In this document: positions 1 to 10,846 of the stretch, in pieces
How the letters are laid out: the number at the start of each line of letters is the position of its first letter
How positions within the stretch are numbered: position 1 is the stretch's first letter
Assembly (NCBI GenBank): GCA_963716365.1
Contig: OY970307.1
Location: 2,320,349-2,384,348 of the forward strand
DNA: 64,000 nt
Reading direction: 5' to 3'
DNA from: Candidatus Dormiibacterota bacterium
Lineage (GTDB): Bacteria; Chloroflexota; Dormibacteria; Aeolococcales; Aeolococcaceae
The notes under the pieces: generated by a model
Seen by the model: only the letters and a program-made list of their open reading frames with translations
Told to the model about the DNA's origin: nothing
Database searches by the model: none
Made by a program: the position numbers and the translations under genes

Positions 1-515
1 CGACGACCGTCAGATCCTCCACGCGACGGTCCTCCGCACGTGCGATGCGCTTGAGGTTCTGGGCAACGCTGGCGGTGATGTCGATGACCTTTGCGGCCGC
101 GGGCCCGACGATGAGCTTCTCCATGTAGTGGAGGTGGCTGTGGAACATGGACCCGCGCTCCGCGAGCGCCACGGTGGCGATCCCGCCCGGGATGCCGCGG
201 GCGACGAGGCGGGTGCCGTCGATCGGGTCGACGGCGACGTCTACTTGCGGAGGGTTGCCGTTGCCGACCTGCTCACCGATGTAGAGCATCGGCGCCTCGT
301 CCTTCTCGCCCTCGCCGATGACCACGACACCGTCCATGTCGACGAATCCAAGGCTGCGCCGCATGGAGTCGACGGCGGCCTGGTCGGCCGTTTCCTTCTG
401 GTTGCGCCCCATGTGGCGCGCGGCTGACATGGCAGCGCCCTCGGTGACCCGCACGAGCTCGAGCGCGAGGTTGCGGTCGATCGGAGTCCCAAGATCACGC
501 GGCCTCTGTGCCATT
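1..515 (-). CDS. glpX: Fructose-1,6-bisphosphatase class II (GlpX); partial, C-terminus lies beyond the window start
   Basis: I translated the minus strand from the ATG at 515 myself. It reads MAQRPRDLGTPIDRNLALELVRVTEGAAMSAARHMGRNQKETADQAAVDSMRR...VVIGEGEKDEAPMLYIGEQVG...DPIDGT, which matches the GlpX family motifs. The frame is not in the ORF track because it runs off the window edge. Confidence 0.8.
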
Positions 516-523
516 CGCCGCGA

Positions 524-1382
524 TCATACGGTGCCGGTCCCGGCGAGCCCTGCGGTGCCGAAGGCAACGATCGCCTCGGCTGCCCGTGCGAGCCCTTCCG
601 CGAGCGCGACGCTGAAGATCGCGTCGTCGGAGCGCATCGCCTCGGCGATATGCCCCAGAAAGCCGCCGGCCAGCGCGTCACCGGCGCCGGTGGGATCCAC
701 CACGGCCGGGACAGCCACGGCGGGCATCGCCACGAGCGTGTCAGCCGTGACGCATGCGGCTCCTTCCGGACCGTGCTTGACCACGACCGCCCGCAGACGG
801 CCTGCGCCGCAGAGCTGCGCGGCGGAGTTCCGCCAGTCGTCGCTGCCTGTCAGCGTGTTCAGCTCGGCGCCGGTGAGGAACAGGATGTCGATCTGCCGGA
901 TGACGGCGTTGACCTCCGCCCGCTGGTGCTCGATGAATTCGGTCATCGAATCGAGACCGATGACCCCCGCGCTCGACTGATCGATGACCGCGGCCTGCAG
1001 CGCCGGGGCCATGCTGCCGACGAAGAGCACGTCAGCGCGGCGGGATTGCTCAGACAGTGCCGGCTCCCAGAGCGGGTCGCACCCCGGCTCCGACGAACTC
1101 GTGCGACGTGACCCAGCGGTCGAAGTCGTGGACGGCGTGCCAGCGGAAGGTCGGCGACTCACTGACCACCATCCCGTCGAGGTGGATCGACGGGCGGGCG
1201 AGTATCCGGCGGTATTCGGCCACGGTGTCCGCGCCGACGATGCCGTTGACGTGGACCGGCGCGTAGCGCGACGCCGCGAGCGAGAAGTACACGGCCGAGC
1301 CTCCGAGCGCGTCGCGCCGACCGGCGGGTGTCGTCAGGTCGTCGCTGTGGAACGTCCCCGCGACGGCGACGTCCCAGGTCAC
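524..1382 (-). pseudogene. PfkB/ribokinase-family sugar kinase, disrupted by an apparent +1 frameshift near 1082-1100
   Basis: The N-terminal ORF 1050..1382 (GGSAVYFSLAAS...) and the C-terminal ORF 524..1162 (ADVLFVG...DPTGAGDALAGGFL, the PfkB signature) lie in different frames and overlap at 1050-1162. Their combined length of about 285 aa is typical for PfkB. Confidence 0.6.
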
Positions 1383-1395
1383 CTGTGGAGAGCGA

Positions 1396-1764
1396 TCAAC
1401 CCGCCGCGGCGGTCCGGTCGCGGGGGCCGAACAGCGGAATGATCGGCGCGAGCCTCGGTCGCCGGGACTCGAGCGAACGCAGCAGGAGCACTTCCTGGGC
1501 CTCGAAGAGGATGTCGGCGACGTGGTCCGGCTCGCGGTCGATGCCGAGCCGGTCGCGAAGGTCCGAATCCACCGCGCCGACGGCTCGAACCACGGCGCTC
1601 CAGAGCACCGGCGGGATGAGCCGGAACGAGCGCATGCGGCATTCCTCGATCAGGTCGATGAGCACGTCAGCTTCGCGGACGCGGAGCCGGGTGCGGGAGA
1701 TGCGCTCGCGACGGAAGGCCGCCTCGCGTTCGATACGGGCAATCTCCAGGCACGTGCGTTCCAT
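1396..1764 (-). CDS. Hypothetical protein; start inferred at internal MERTCLEIARIEREAAF
   Basis: The ORF-track frame 1396..2010 has a protein-like C-terminal 122 aa. The upstream part of that frame is Arg-rich out-of-frame junk overlapping the next gene. Confidence 0.3.
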   Translation of the reverse strand: MERTCLEIARIEREAAFRRERISRTRLRVREADVLIDLIEECRMRSFRLIPPVLWSAVVRAVGAVDSDLRDRLGIDREPDHVADILFEAQEVLLLRSLESRRPRLAPIIPLFGPRDRTAAAG

Positions 1765-1853
1765 CGGGCCCGGTTGCGCATGCGTGGCGGCGGATTGCAC
1801 GAGTTGGGATTGTCCCACGGTCGGCTCGGGGTGCGAACGTCGGGTAAGTGCTG

Positions 1854-2489
1854 TTACACGGGGTAGCAGATCGATCGCCAGCGTCCGCCGCCCGGAACGA
1901 GGTGTACGACGCGACGAAGCCGCGCGACAGGCTCCGGATCGCCGACCTCGTACTCGACGTCCAGCTCGGCCACGTCGCGGTACGTGGTGCCGCGGGACGA
2001 ATCGGTCCACTCCGGCAGGTAGCGCACCTCTTTGACGCTGACACCGTGCAGCCTGCGCATCGTCGATGCACCCTGGGCCTCGGCGAAGGCCTCCGGTGAC
2101 CCCCAGCTCAGCTGACAGTCCTCGCTCAGCAACGTGAACGCGCGCCGGTACTGACTTGCGCGCATCAATTCCACGAACAGCGCTTCACTGAACGCGGGAT
2201 TGCCGGGTGGACGGCCGCCCGCGGGACTGCGGCCGCGTTCGTGGGCATCCACCAAAGCCGCGGCACGCCTCGACGTGATCGCTGCCGTCTCACTGCCTGC
2301 CCAGAAGGCGCGCGTCTCCGCGTCGACCTGTGTCGCGACCGGTTTGGCAGGCTCGGTCGCGGTGGGCCGGCCGTCGATGCTGACTCCGTTGCGTGACGGT
2401 CGGTGCAGCCAGCGCGTGAACCGATTGCCGTCGGAGGACCCGCGCCGGGCCTTCTCAGTGCCGAGCAGAACGTGAGGTGGGAGCGGCAT
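1854..2489 (-). CDS. Hypothetical protein
   Basis: ORF of 211 aa with plausible composition and no recognisable motif. Confidence 0.3.
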   Translation of the reverse strand: MPLPPHVLLGTEKARRGSSDGNRFTRWLHRPSRNGVSIDGRPTATEPAKPVATQVDAETRAFWAGSETAAITSRRAAALVDAHERGRSPAGGRPPGNPAFSEALFVELMRASQYRRAFTLLSEDCQLSWGSPEAFAEAQGASTMRRLHGVSVKEVRYLPEWTDSSRGTTYRDVAELDVEYEVGDPEPVARLRRVVHLVPGGGRWRSICYPV

Positions 2490-2573
2490 CGACGGCGCCA
2501 GTGTACGCAGCCGCTCGCCTTCGCCGAAAGGGGCCGGGCACGACGATGCGCCGGAACCCTAGGATGCGCGCTC

Positions 2574-2951
2574 ATGCCGCCAGTCCGCGCTCGCATCCTG
2601 GTCGCTGAGGACGAGGCCGCCGTCGCCCAGCAGGTGATCAACCGCTTCACCCTCATGGGACATGACGTGCACTGGGCGAAAGCGGTGCGCGAGGTCCGCG
2701 CGGAGCTCAAATCCTTCGAGCCGGACGTCCTCATCCTCGACGCCACGCTCGACACCGACGGCCTCGAGTTGTTTCAGGCGATTCGTTTCGCGCCCGAGCA
2801 TCCGCGCGCCGGAGTGGTGATCCTCACCGCCGCCGGCGATGTCCAGGCTCGGGAGCGAGCCCAGCAGCTCGGCGCTGCCGCGGTGATGATGAAGCCGGTG
2901 CGCAACGACGAGCTCGCCGACATCGTCGAGGACCTCCTGACGTATCTCTAG
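2574..2951 (+). CDS. Stand-alone response-regulator receiver (CheY-like) protein
   Basis: Starting from the internal ATG at 2574 the protein reads MPPVRARILVAEDEAAVAQQVINRF...VLILDATLDTDGLELFQAIR...VVILTAAGDVQARERAQQLGAAAVMMKP, a receiver-domain pattern with acidic pocket residues and the conserved T and K positions. Confidence 0.6.
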   Translation: MPPVRARILVAEDEAAVAQQVINRFTLMGHDVHWAKAVREVRAELKSFEPDVLILDATLDTDGLELFQAIRFAPEHPRAGVVILTAAGDVQARERAQQLGAAAVMMKPVRNDELADIVEDLLTYL

Positions 2952-2986
2952 ATCTGCTGTCAGAGGCCGTCTGAACGGTCGCGGCG

Positions 2987-3520
2987 CTAGTGATAGACCG
3001 CGTCGAGGACGATGTTGAGGCCGCTGCCGCCGACCCAGAGCACGAGCACCGCCCACGCGTAGACCGGGATCGCCGCGCGCTGGTCGTACCAGGTGACGAC
3101 TCGGCGGTCGGTCATGATCAGGATGGCGAGGCCGTCGAGCAGCATGAACAGCAGCGTCCCCAGGAGCCCGGGCACCCCCGCGCTGTTGCCGGAGATCGCC
3201 AGCACCACTTCCGAGATGATCGCGAGCGCGATATGGGTCACGAGCGTGCCGATCTGCACGATGCGCACCCAGGCGTGCCGCCGGGTCAGCAACGCGGCCA
3301 GGATGATCAGGGTCGCCGCGAACGCGGCCGATGACACCGCCTCGATCACCTGCGCGTAGAAGGGCAGGGGCTGCACACCGGCGCTGCTCTGCACGGCGCC
3401 GGCAAACGGGGCCAGCGTCACGAGCAGCGCCAGGATCACGAGGATCAGGTCCCACGTGTAGACGTACAGGACCGCGCCCGGGCGGTGTTCCTGCTCCTGC
3501 TCCTCGTCTCGCGCGGTCAT
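2987..3520 (-). CDS. Small integral membrane protein of unknown function
   Basis: The internal start MTARDEEQEQEH is followed by four or five hydrophobic helices. The upstream part of ORF 2987..3970 is low-complexity junk. Confidence 0.45.
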   Translation of the reverse strand: MTARDEEQEQEHRPGAVLYVYTWDLILVILALLVTLAPFAGAVQSSAGVQPLPFYAQVIEAVSSAAFAATLIILAALLTRRHAWVRIVQIGTLVTHIALAIISEVVLAISGNSAGVPGLLGTLLFMLLDGLAILIMTDRRVVTWYDQRAAIPVYAWAVLVLWVGGSGLNIVLDAVYH

Positions 3521-3554
3521 CGAGTTCGGCACGCGGCGATGATCGCATCGCGGC

Positions 3555-4685
3555 ATGGTCAGGCAGCGAGCGACCAGCCCTCGGCGCGCTGCGACGTACC
3601 CTTTCGGCGTGACAACCATCGTCGTCCTTCGCGGCGACCAGACCGGACAGGAGCTCCTCGACGAGGCACTGCGCGTCGTCGCACCCGAGGTGATCGGCGT
3701 CGAGCTGGAACTGCAGACCTTCGACCTCTCGCTGGAGCGTCGCCGCGAGACGAAGAACGCCGTTGTCGGTGAGGCAGCGGAAGCCATGCGCGCCGCCGGA
3801 TTCGGCCTCAAAGCCGCCACCGTGACGCCGACGGACCGCAGCGACGTCGGCAGTCCCAATGCCCTGCTTCGCGAACGCGTCGGAGGTCGCGTCATCCTCC
3901 GCACCGGGCAGCGCATCCCGGGCGTTGCCGGCATCGCCGGCGTGAGCGCGCCGATCAGCATCGTCCGCATGGCGATCGACGACGCCTACAACGCCAAGGA
4001 GTGGCGCGAGGACTCCGGCGGTGACGAGATCGCATACCGCACCGAGCACATCTCGCGATCCACCTGCCGTGCAGTGGCCGAGTTCGCCTTCGTGCACGCC
4101 GCGCGGACGCACGCCAAGGTGTTCGGCGGTCCCAAGTTCACCGTCTCGCGCATTTACGAGGGCATGTTCAAGGAGGAGCTGGACGCCGCCGCCGCGCGCC
4201 ATCCGGACGTCGAGTACGAGCCACAGCTCATCGACGCGACGTACGCGCTGCTGTTCAGCAGGGCGGGCGACGCACTCGTCATCCCCGCACTCAACCGCGA
4301 TGGTGATTGCCTGAGCGACCTCGTGCTTCCGCTCTTCGGCAGCATCGCCGGAGCCGAGTCCCTGCTGCTGGGGTTCAGTGACGACTCGCTCGTCCCCAGC
4401 GTGGTGATGGCTGAAGCACCGCATGGGACGGCCCCGAGCCTCGAGGGCAAGAACGTCGCCAACCCGATGGCGATGATCCTTGCGGCCGCGGCGTTGCTCG
4501 GATTCGCCGACGACGACCGCTGCAGGGCCGCGTCGACGCGCATCCGCGACGCCGTCTTCGAGGCGCTGCGCGCCGGCATCGCGACGGCGGACCTCGGCGG
4601 CGATGCGTCGACGACGGCATTCACCGATTCGGTGATCGCTCGTGTGCGCGGCGTCGGGAACGAGCCGCGGCGTGTTCCCGCATGA
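3555..4685 (+). CDS. Isocitrate/isopropylmalate dehydrogenase-family enzyme, probably NADP-dependent isocitrate dehydrogenase; the true start may be a GTG near 3612
   Basis: TTIVVLRGDQTGQELLDEAL at the N-terminus and the C-terminal APHGTAPSLEGKNVANPMAMILAAAALL nucleotide-binding signature match the beta-decarboxylating dehydrogenase family. Confidence 0.75.
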   Translation: MVRQRATSPRRAATYPFGVTTIVVLRGDQTGQELLDEALRVVAPEVIGVELELQTFDLSLERRRETKNAVVGEAAEAMRAAGFGLKAATVTPTDRSDVGSPNALLRERVGGRVILRTGQRIPGVAGIAGVSAPISIVRMAIDDAYNAKEWREDSGGDEIAYRTEHISRSTCRAVAEFAFVHAARTHAKVFGGPKFTVSRIYEGMFKEELDAAAARHPDVEYEPQLIDATYALLFSRAGDALVIPALNRDGDCLSDLVLPLFGSIAGAESLLLGFSDDSLVPSVVMAEAPHGTAPSLEGKNVANPMAMILAAAALLGFADDDRCRAASTRIRDAVFEALRAGIATADLGGDASTTAFTDSVIARVRGVGNEPRRVPA

Positions 4686-5866
4686 ACCGCCTGTACCTCG
4701 ACCACGCCGCCACCACCCCGCTCGCGGCCGAGGTACTCGACGAAATGTTGCCGTACTTGACGACAACACAGGGGAATCCCTCGTCGGTGCATGCGACAGG
4801 ACGCGCGGCGCGGGCTGCGGTCGATGCCGCCCGCGACCGCCTTGCAGCGGTGCTGCGGAGCGCTCAGCGGGAGATCGTCTTCACCGGTTCGGGCACGGAG
4901 TCCGACAACCTCGCGATTCGGGGCGTCCTCGAGCGCTGGGGTGCGGAACGCGGCCGGCATCTTGTCGTGACCGCGATCGAGCACGACGGAGTGCTCGAGA
5001 CGGCGCGGCGCCTGGAGGAGACCGGCGCAGCCACGCTCACGATCGCCGGATCCGAGCGTGACGGTCGCGTGGATCCGGACACCGTCGCCGCAGCCGTGAC
5101 GCCGGAGACCGTGCTTGTTTCAGTCATGCTCGTCAATAACGAGACGGGTGCGGTGCAGGACGTCGCAGCCGTCGCCGCCGCCGTCCACCGGCGCAATCCG
5201 CGAACCCTCGTCCACACCGACGCGGTCCAGTCGCTCGGGCGGATAGCCGTCGACCCCACGGCGCTCGGCGTCGACCTGCTCACGCTCTCGGCGCACAAGC
5301 TCTACGGACCCAAGGGTGTCGGGGCGCTGTGGGTGCGCAACGGCGTGACCATCGCCGCGCAGACGACTGGCGGGGGGCAGGAGCGCAACCGGCGGAGCGC
5401 AACCGAGAACGTCGCGGGCATCGTCGGCATGGCCGCCGCCGCGGACCTGGCGGAGCAGCGGCGGCCTCTGGAGAGCGACCGTCAATCGATGCTCTGCCGG
5501 CGCCTCGTCGCGGCGGTCGCCGCGGACGTCCCGGGTGTGATCAACACCGGCGCCGGCGAGCACACAGCACCCGGATTCGCGACGTTTGCGTTCTCCGGCG
5601 TCCGCAGCGACGTGATGCTGGCCGCGCTCGACATGGCCGGGGTCGACGCCTCGGCCGGATCCGCTTGCGCCAGCGGCGCTCCGCTGCCGTCGCATGTCCT
5701 GCGGGCGATGGGCTACCCCGACGACCTGGCCGCAGGAGCGCTGCGCTGCACCACCGGGCGGACGACGACCGTCGAGGACGTCGACCGAGCCGCAGCGCTC
5801 ATCACCGCCGCCGTCGCGCAGATCCGGAGCAGCGCCGGCGCCGTGGCCGGCGCACCAGCTTCCTGA
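4682..5866 (+). CDS. Cysteine desulfurase, class I (NifS/IscS-like)
   Basis: MNRLYLDHAATTPL at the N-terminus, SAHKLYGPKGVGALWV around the PLP lysine, and a C-terminal catalytic-Cys region (SAGSACASG). Length 394 aa. Confidence 0.85.
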   Translation: MNRLYLDHAATTPLAAEVLDEMLPYLTTTQGNPSSVHATGRAARAAVDAARDRLAAVLRSAQREIVFTGSGTESDNLAIRGVLERWGAERGRHLVVTAIEHDGVLETARRLEETGAATLTIAGSERDGRVDPDTVAAAVTPETVLVSVMLVNNETGAVQDVAAVAAAVHRRNPRTLVHTDAVQSLGRIAVDPTALGVDLLTLSAHKLYGPKGVGALWVRNGVTIAAQTTGGGQERNRRSATENVAGIVGMAAAADLAEQRRPLESDRQSMLCRRLVAAVAADVPGVINTGAGEHTAPGFATFAFSGVRSDVMLAALDMAGVDASAGSACASGAPLPSHVLRAMGYPDDLAAGALRCTTGRTTTVEDVDRAAALITAAVAQIRSSAGAVAGAPAS

Positions 5867-5871
5867 TCGGG

Positions 5872-6375
5872 TCAGGCCGGAGCGGGCAGCCCGATATCCG
5901 CGCGCAGGGTCGTCGCGGCTGTGACCGCCGTGGCGAGGAGCGGGATGATCTGCGACTGGACGCTCGCGATCGTCGCCAGGCTGGGCGCTGTCGCGGCCTG
6001 CTCGAGGAGTGATTCGATCGCCGCGTCGTCGCTGAGCAGATGGCTCGCGTCGATTGCCGCGTCCCCACTGAACCTGGTCGCCCGGAGCGCGTCGTCGTAG
6101 GCGATCGTCGCCTGGCGCTGATTGCTGAGGGCGGTCTGGCACACGGTGAGGGACGCCGTCGGGCTGCCCACGTCGCAGGCCGCGTTCTCGGTGACCGAGA
6201 CCTGGGCCTCGTAGGCGTTGTACGCGTTCGCCGCGGCGCTGTACCTCGACTGGATCTGGGCCGTCGAGAGCGGCGACGGGGTCGGCGACGTCTGGCTGCT
6301 CGATCCGCCACACCCCGTCACGAGGACGCCCGCGAAGGATCCGGCGAGCAGAAGGCAGGTGCGTGGACGTGGCAT
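5872..6375 (-). CDS. Lipoprotein of unknown function
   Basis: Internal start MPRPRTCLLLAGSFAGVLVTGCGGSSSQ gives a signal peptide with an LVTGC lipobox. Confidence 0.5.
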   Translation of the reverse strand: MPRPRTCLLLAGSFAGVLVTGCGGSSSQTSPTPSPLSTAQIQSRYSAAANAYNAYEAQVSVTENAACDVGSPTASLTVCQTALSNQRQATIAYDDALRATRFSGDAAIDASHLLSDDAAIESLLEQAATAPSLATIASVQSQIIPLLATAVTAATTLRADIGLPAPA

Positions 6376-6419
6376 GAGGGAGTGCCGAGAATATCTCAGC
6401 CGGGCCGTCAATCCCCTCG

Positions 6420-6444
6420 TTGGCCCGGTGCCACGATGTATAAT
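6420..6444 (+). promoter_or_regulatory. Putative promoter of the Rrf2-suf operon (-10 TATAAT at 6439-6444, weak -35 TTGGCC at 6420-6425)
   Basis: A consensus TATAAT hexamer lies about 100 nt upstream of the Rrf2 start in an otherwise 70% GC context. Confidence 0.3.
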
Positions 6445-6541
6445 CCTGACCATGACAGTCGGAATTCTCCAGAGCTCCGGGCGGCGCACCGCTCACCGGC
6501 ATACCTCGGACCCGGGCGCCCCACCCGCTGCTTCGTTTTCG

Positions 6542-7000
6542 ATGCGGGTGAGCTCCAAAGCCCACTACGGCCTGCGCATGATGACTGAGTTCGCCAAGGC
6601 ATATGGTTCGGGCCCCCTGAGCATCGCCGAGGTGGCTCGTGTCGAGCACCTGCCGCTTGCCTACCTCGAACAGCTCGCATCGCAGCTTCGGCGCGGCGGG
6701 CTCGTCGAAAGCACGCGCGGAGTCCACGGCGGTTACGCGCTCACCCGCCCCGCCGAGCAGATCAGCGTCCTCGACGTCGTCACTGTCATCGAGGGCGAGG
6801 TTGCACCGGTCGAATGTGTTGCACACGGCTACGTGACCGGAGCCTGTCAGCGCGAGGGCGAGTGCGCGTCGCGCGCGCTGTGGATGCGCCTCAAGGAGAG
6901 CATCGACGCCGTCCTCAGCCAGACCACGCTCGCAGAGCTGGTCGCGGATCAGTCGCTCATCGATGCCATGGCACCCGCGTCCAGCGAGGCCGGCCTGTGA
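6542..7000 (+). CDS. Rrf2-family transcriptional regulator (IscR/RsrR-like), probable regulator of the suf operon
   Basis: MRVSSKAHYGLRMMTEFA gives the N-terminal wHTH. Three-Cys cluster ligands (CVAHGYVTGACQREGEC) follow. The stop overlaps the sufC start. Confidence 0.8.
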   Translation: MRVSSKAHYGLRMMTEFAKAYGSGPLSIAEVARVEHLPLAYLEQLASQLRRGGLVESTRGVHGGYALTRPAEQISVLDVVTVIEGEVAPVECVAHGYVTGACQREGECASRALWMRLKESIDAVLSQTTLAELVADQSLIDAMAPASSEAGL

Positions 7001-7755
7001 CCGCGGCTGTGCTCTCCGTCAAGGGCCTGCACGCCACCGTCGAGGGCAAGGAGATCCTCAAGGGGGTCGACCTCGAGATCCCGCAGGGCGAGGTGCACGC
7101 GCTGATGGGTCCGAACGGCTCGGGCAAGAGCACGCTCGCGTACACGTTGATGGGACATCCGAAATACGTCGTCAACGGTGGTTCGGCGACGTTCGGCGGC
7201 GAGGACCTATTGCCGCTCACCGCCGACGCGCGTGCGCGTCTCGGCCTGTTCCTCTGTTTTCAGTACCCCACCGCGATCCCCGGCGTCACCACGGTGAACT
7301 TCCTGCGCGCGGCGCTGCGTGCGCAGGGCAAGGAGATGCCTGCACGCGAATTCCTGAACCGTCTCAGCGCCGAGATGCAGGAGCTCAAGATCGACGAGAG
7401 CTTCCGCTCGCGCTACATCAACGACGGCTTTTCCGGCGGCGAGAAGAAGCGCATGGAGATCCTGCAACTCGCGATGCTGCGACCCAAGCTCGCGATTCTC
7501 GACGAAACCGACTCGGGGCTCGACGTCGACGCGCTGCGCACCGTCGCTGACGGCGTGATGCGTCTCTGCGGGCCGGACATGGGTGTCCTCGTGATCACCC
7601 ACTACCCGCGCATCCTCGAACATCTTCACCCGGACCGCGTGCACGTCCTTCATGACGGCCGCGTGGTCACCTCCGGCGGGCCGGACCTTGCGCGACAGAT
7701 CGAGCGCGAGGGTTACGAACCAATTCTGGGGACGGCCGTGGCCGCCACCGCGTAG
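6997..7755 (+). CDS. sufC: Fe-S cluster assembly ATPase SufC
   Basis: The GTG start at 6997 overlaps the Rrf2 stop. The protein shows Walker [10 protein letters not shown], the ABC signature FSGGEKKR and Walker B LAILDE. Length 253 aa. Confidence 0.9.
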   Translation: MTAAVLSVKGLHATVEGKEILKGVDLEIPQGEVHALMGPNGSGKSTLAYTLMGHPKYVVNGGSATFGGEDLLPLTADARARLGLFLCFQYPTAIPGVTTVNFLRAALRAQGKEMPAREFLNRLSAEMQELKIDESFRSRYINDGFSGGEKKRMEILQLAMLRPKLAILDETDSGLDVDALRTVADGVMRLCGPDMGVLVITHYPRILEHLHPDRVHVLHDGRVVTSGGPDLARQIEREGYEPILGTAVAATA

Positions 7756-7766
7756 GAGCATTCGCG

Positions 7767-9163
<1,397 letters not shown>

Positions 9164-9167
<4 letters not shown>

Positions 9168-10508
9168 CGACCCCGCTGACCGCGGAGCCCACAGCGGTGC
9201 TGGGGCCAGGGGTCGCGGCAGCCCGGGAGGTCGCATCCCCTGCGTGGCTCGCGGCGCGCCGGCGCATCGCCTGGGACGCATACGAAGCGCTCCCGATGCC
9301 GTCGTCGCACAGCGATGAGGACTGGCGGCGCACCGACATCTCCGCACTCCATCTCGAGCGGTTCACGCCGCTGGAGACGGTGGATGCGGCCGTGCTCGAC
9401 GCGATGCGCGCGCAGCGCGACAGCGCCGCGCCGAACGCAGCGCTGATCTTCGACGGTCCCATCGAGACGATCATCGAGGGCGCTGACACGCTGCTCGCGC
9501 AGGGGATCATCGTGACCACGCTCGAGGAGGCCGCAACGGTCCATCCCGAGCTCGTGCAGCGCGCGCTCGCGGCGGTCCGTGTCGACGAGACCAAATTCAT
9601 CGCACTCTGGAACGCGCTGTGGCGCGGCGGCGCTTTCGTCTACGTCCCGCAGGGCGTCGAGGCGCTCGTCCCGGTGTGGATCGCGCACGCCGCATCCGGT
9701 AGCGACGTCGCGGTGTTTCCGACGACGGCAGTCCTCCTCGAAGAGGGTGCATCGCTCACGGTGATCGATGCCTACGCATCGCCTGCCGGCACCGATGCTG
9801 TGCTCAGCAACGCGGTGGTCGTGCTCTCCGCCGGGCGCGACGCCCGCCTCGACTACAACACGGTGCAGGAGTGGGGAGCCGGGGTGTGGCACATCGCGAT
9901 GCAGCGCACCTCGCTCGACGCCAACGCCAAGCTTCGCTTCACCGGGATCACGCTCGGCGCCCGCCTGCAGAAGGCGTGGTGGGAGGTGATGCTCAACGGG
10001 ATCGGCAGCGAGGCCGACATTTTCGGGATCTGCTTCGGCGACGGCACGCAGCACATCGACCACCAGTCGCTGCAGGCGCACGTCGGCGCCGAGACGCGCA
10101 GCAACCTCCTCCTCAAGGTGGCCGTTCGCGACCAGGCCCGCTCGGTCTACGGCGGGATGATCGACGTCGCGCCGACTGCGGTGCATGCCGACGGCTACGT
10201 CGCCAACCGCAACCTGCTGCTGAGCCAGGGCGCGAAAGCCGAACTCGATCCCGCGCCTCGAGATCCGCGCCAACGACGTGAAGTGCGGGCACGGCGCAAC
10301 CGCCGGCCACATCGATTCGGAGCAGCGCTTCTACCTGATGGCCCGCGGTGTTCCCCCGGACGAGGCGAGCTCGCTGATCGTGCGCGGGTTCATGGACGAC
10401 GTCCTCGACCGTGTGCCGCACCGCGGATTCGCGGAGCTCGCCGGCGCATTGCTGGACGCGGAGATCGCCGGCGCCTCTGTGGCCGGGGTCGCCGCAGCAG
10501 AGGCATGA
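9164..10508 (+). pseudogene. sufD: Fe-S cluster assembly protein SufD carrying an apparent +1 frameshift at 10241-10246; very likely a sequence error rather than a real pseudogene
   Basis: Frame A (9164 onward) reads ...NRNLLLSQGAKA. Frame B, ending at 10508, reads NSIPRLEIRANDVKCGHGATAGHIDSEQRFYLMARG, the SufD C-terminal motif. Removing one A from GCCGAACTCG restores AKADSIPRLEI. The start overlaps the sufB stop. Confidence 0.85.
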
Positions 10509-10846
10509 GCGACGGCTGGACCGACGTGGCCCGCGCGGGCGACATCCCACCTGGATGCGCTGCGCGTGTGGAGATCGACGACGTCCCGGTCGCCATCTTC
10601 AACGTCGGTGGGACCTTCTACGCACTGGACGACACCTGCAGCCACGCCGAGGCGTCGTTGAGCGAAGGCGACCTCGACATCGACCGCTGTGTCATCGAAT
10701 GCCCGCTCCATGGATCGAGCTTCGATCTCCGAACCGGCGACCCGCTGACGCTGCCGGCCGTCGAGCCGGTGCGCGTGCACCGCGTCGAGATCAATGCGGA
10801 CGGCGTGTTGCGAGTGGCGCTCGCCGATGAGGTCCCCGCGTCGTGA
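10505..10846 (+). CDS. Rieske [2Fe-2S] ferredoxin-like protein embedded in the suf operon
   Basis: MSDGWTDVARAGDIPPGCAARVEI...CSHAEASLSEGDL...IECPLHGSSFDLRTG carries the CxH...CxxH Rieske motifs. Its ATG overlaps the sufD stop (ATGA) and its stop overlaps the sufS GTG. Confidence 0.8.
   Translation: MSDGWTDVARAGDIPPGCAARVEIDDVPVAIFNVGGTFYALDDTCSHAEASLSEGDLDIDRCVIECPLHGSSFDLRTGDPLTLPAVEPVRVHRVEINADGVLRVALADEVPAS

Noticed and set aside
1396-2489. Possible single frameshifted gene spanning ORFs 1396..2010 and 1854..2489
   Set aside because: The 5-prime 52 codons of the downstream ORF are Arg-rich out-of-frame overlap, and a plausible internal start (MERTCLEI, 1764) leaves a 90-nt intergenic gap. 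Two separate small genes is the simpler reading.
2559-4769. 736-aa ORF on the minus strand
   Set aside because: It is antisense to the isocitrate-dehydrogenase-family gene and the receiver-domain gene. Its Arg/Ala/Gly-rich composition is typical of a stop-free antisense frame in 70% GC DNA, and it has no domain signal.
5120-6826. 568-aa minus-strand ORF
   Set aside because: It overlaps the NifS-like desulfurase, the lipoprotein and the Rrf2 gene. It is low-complexity with no motifs.
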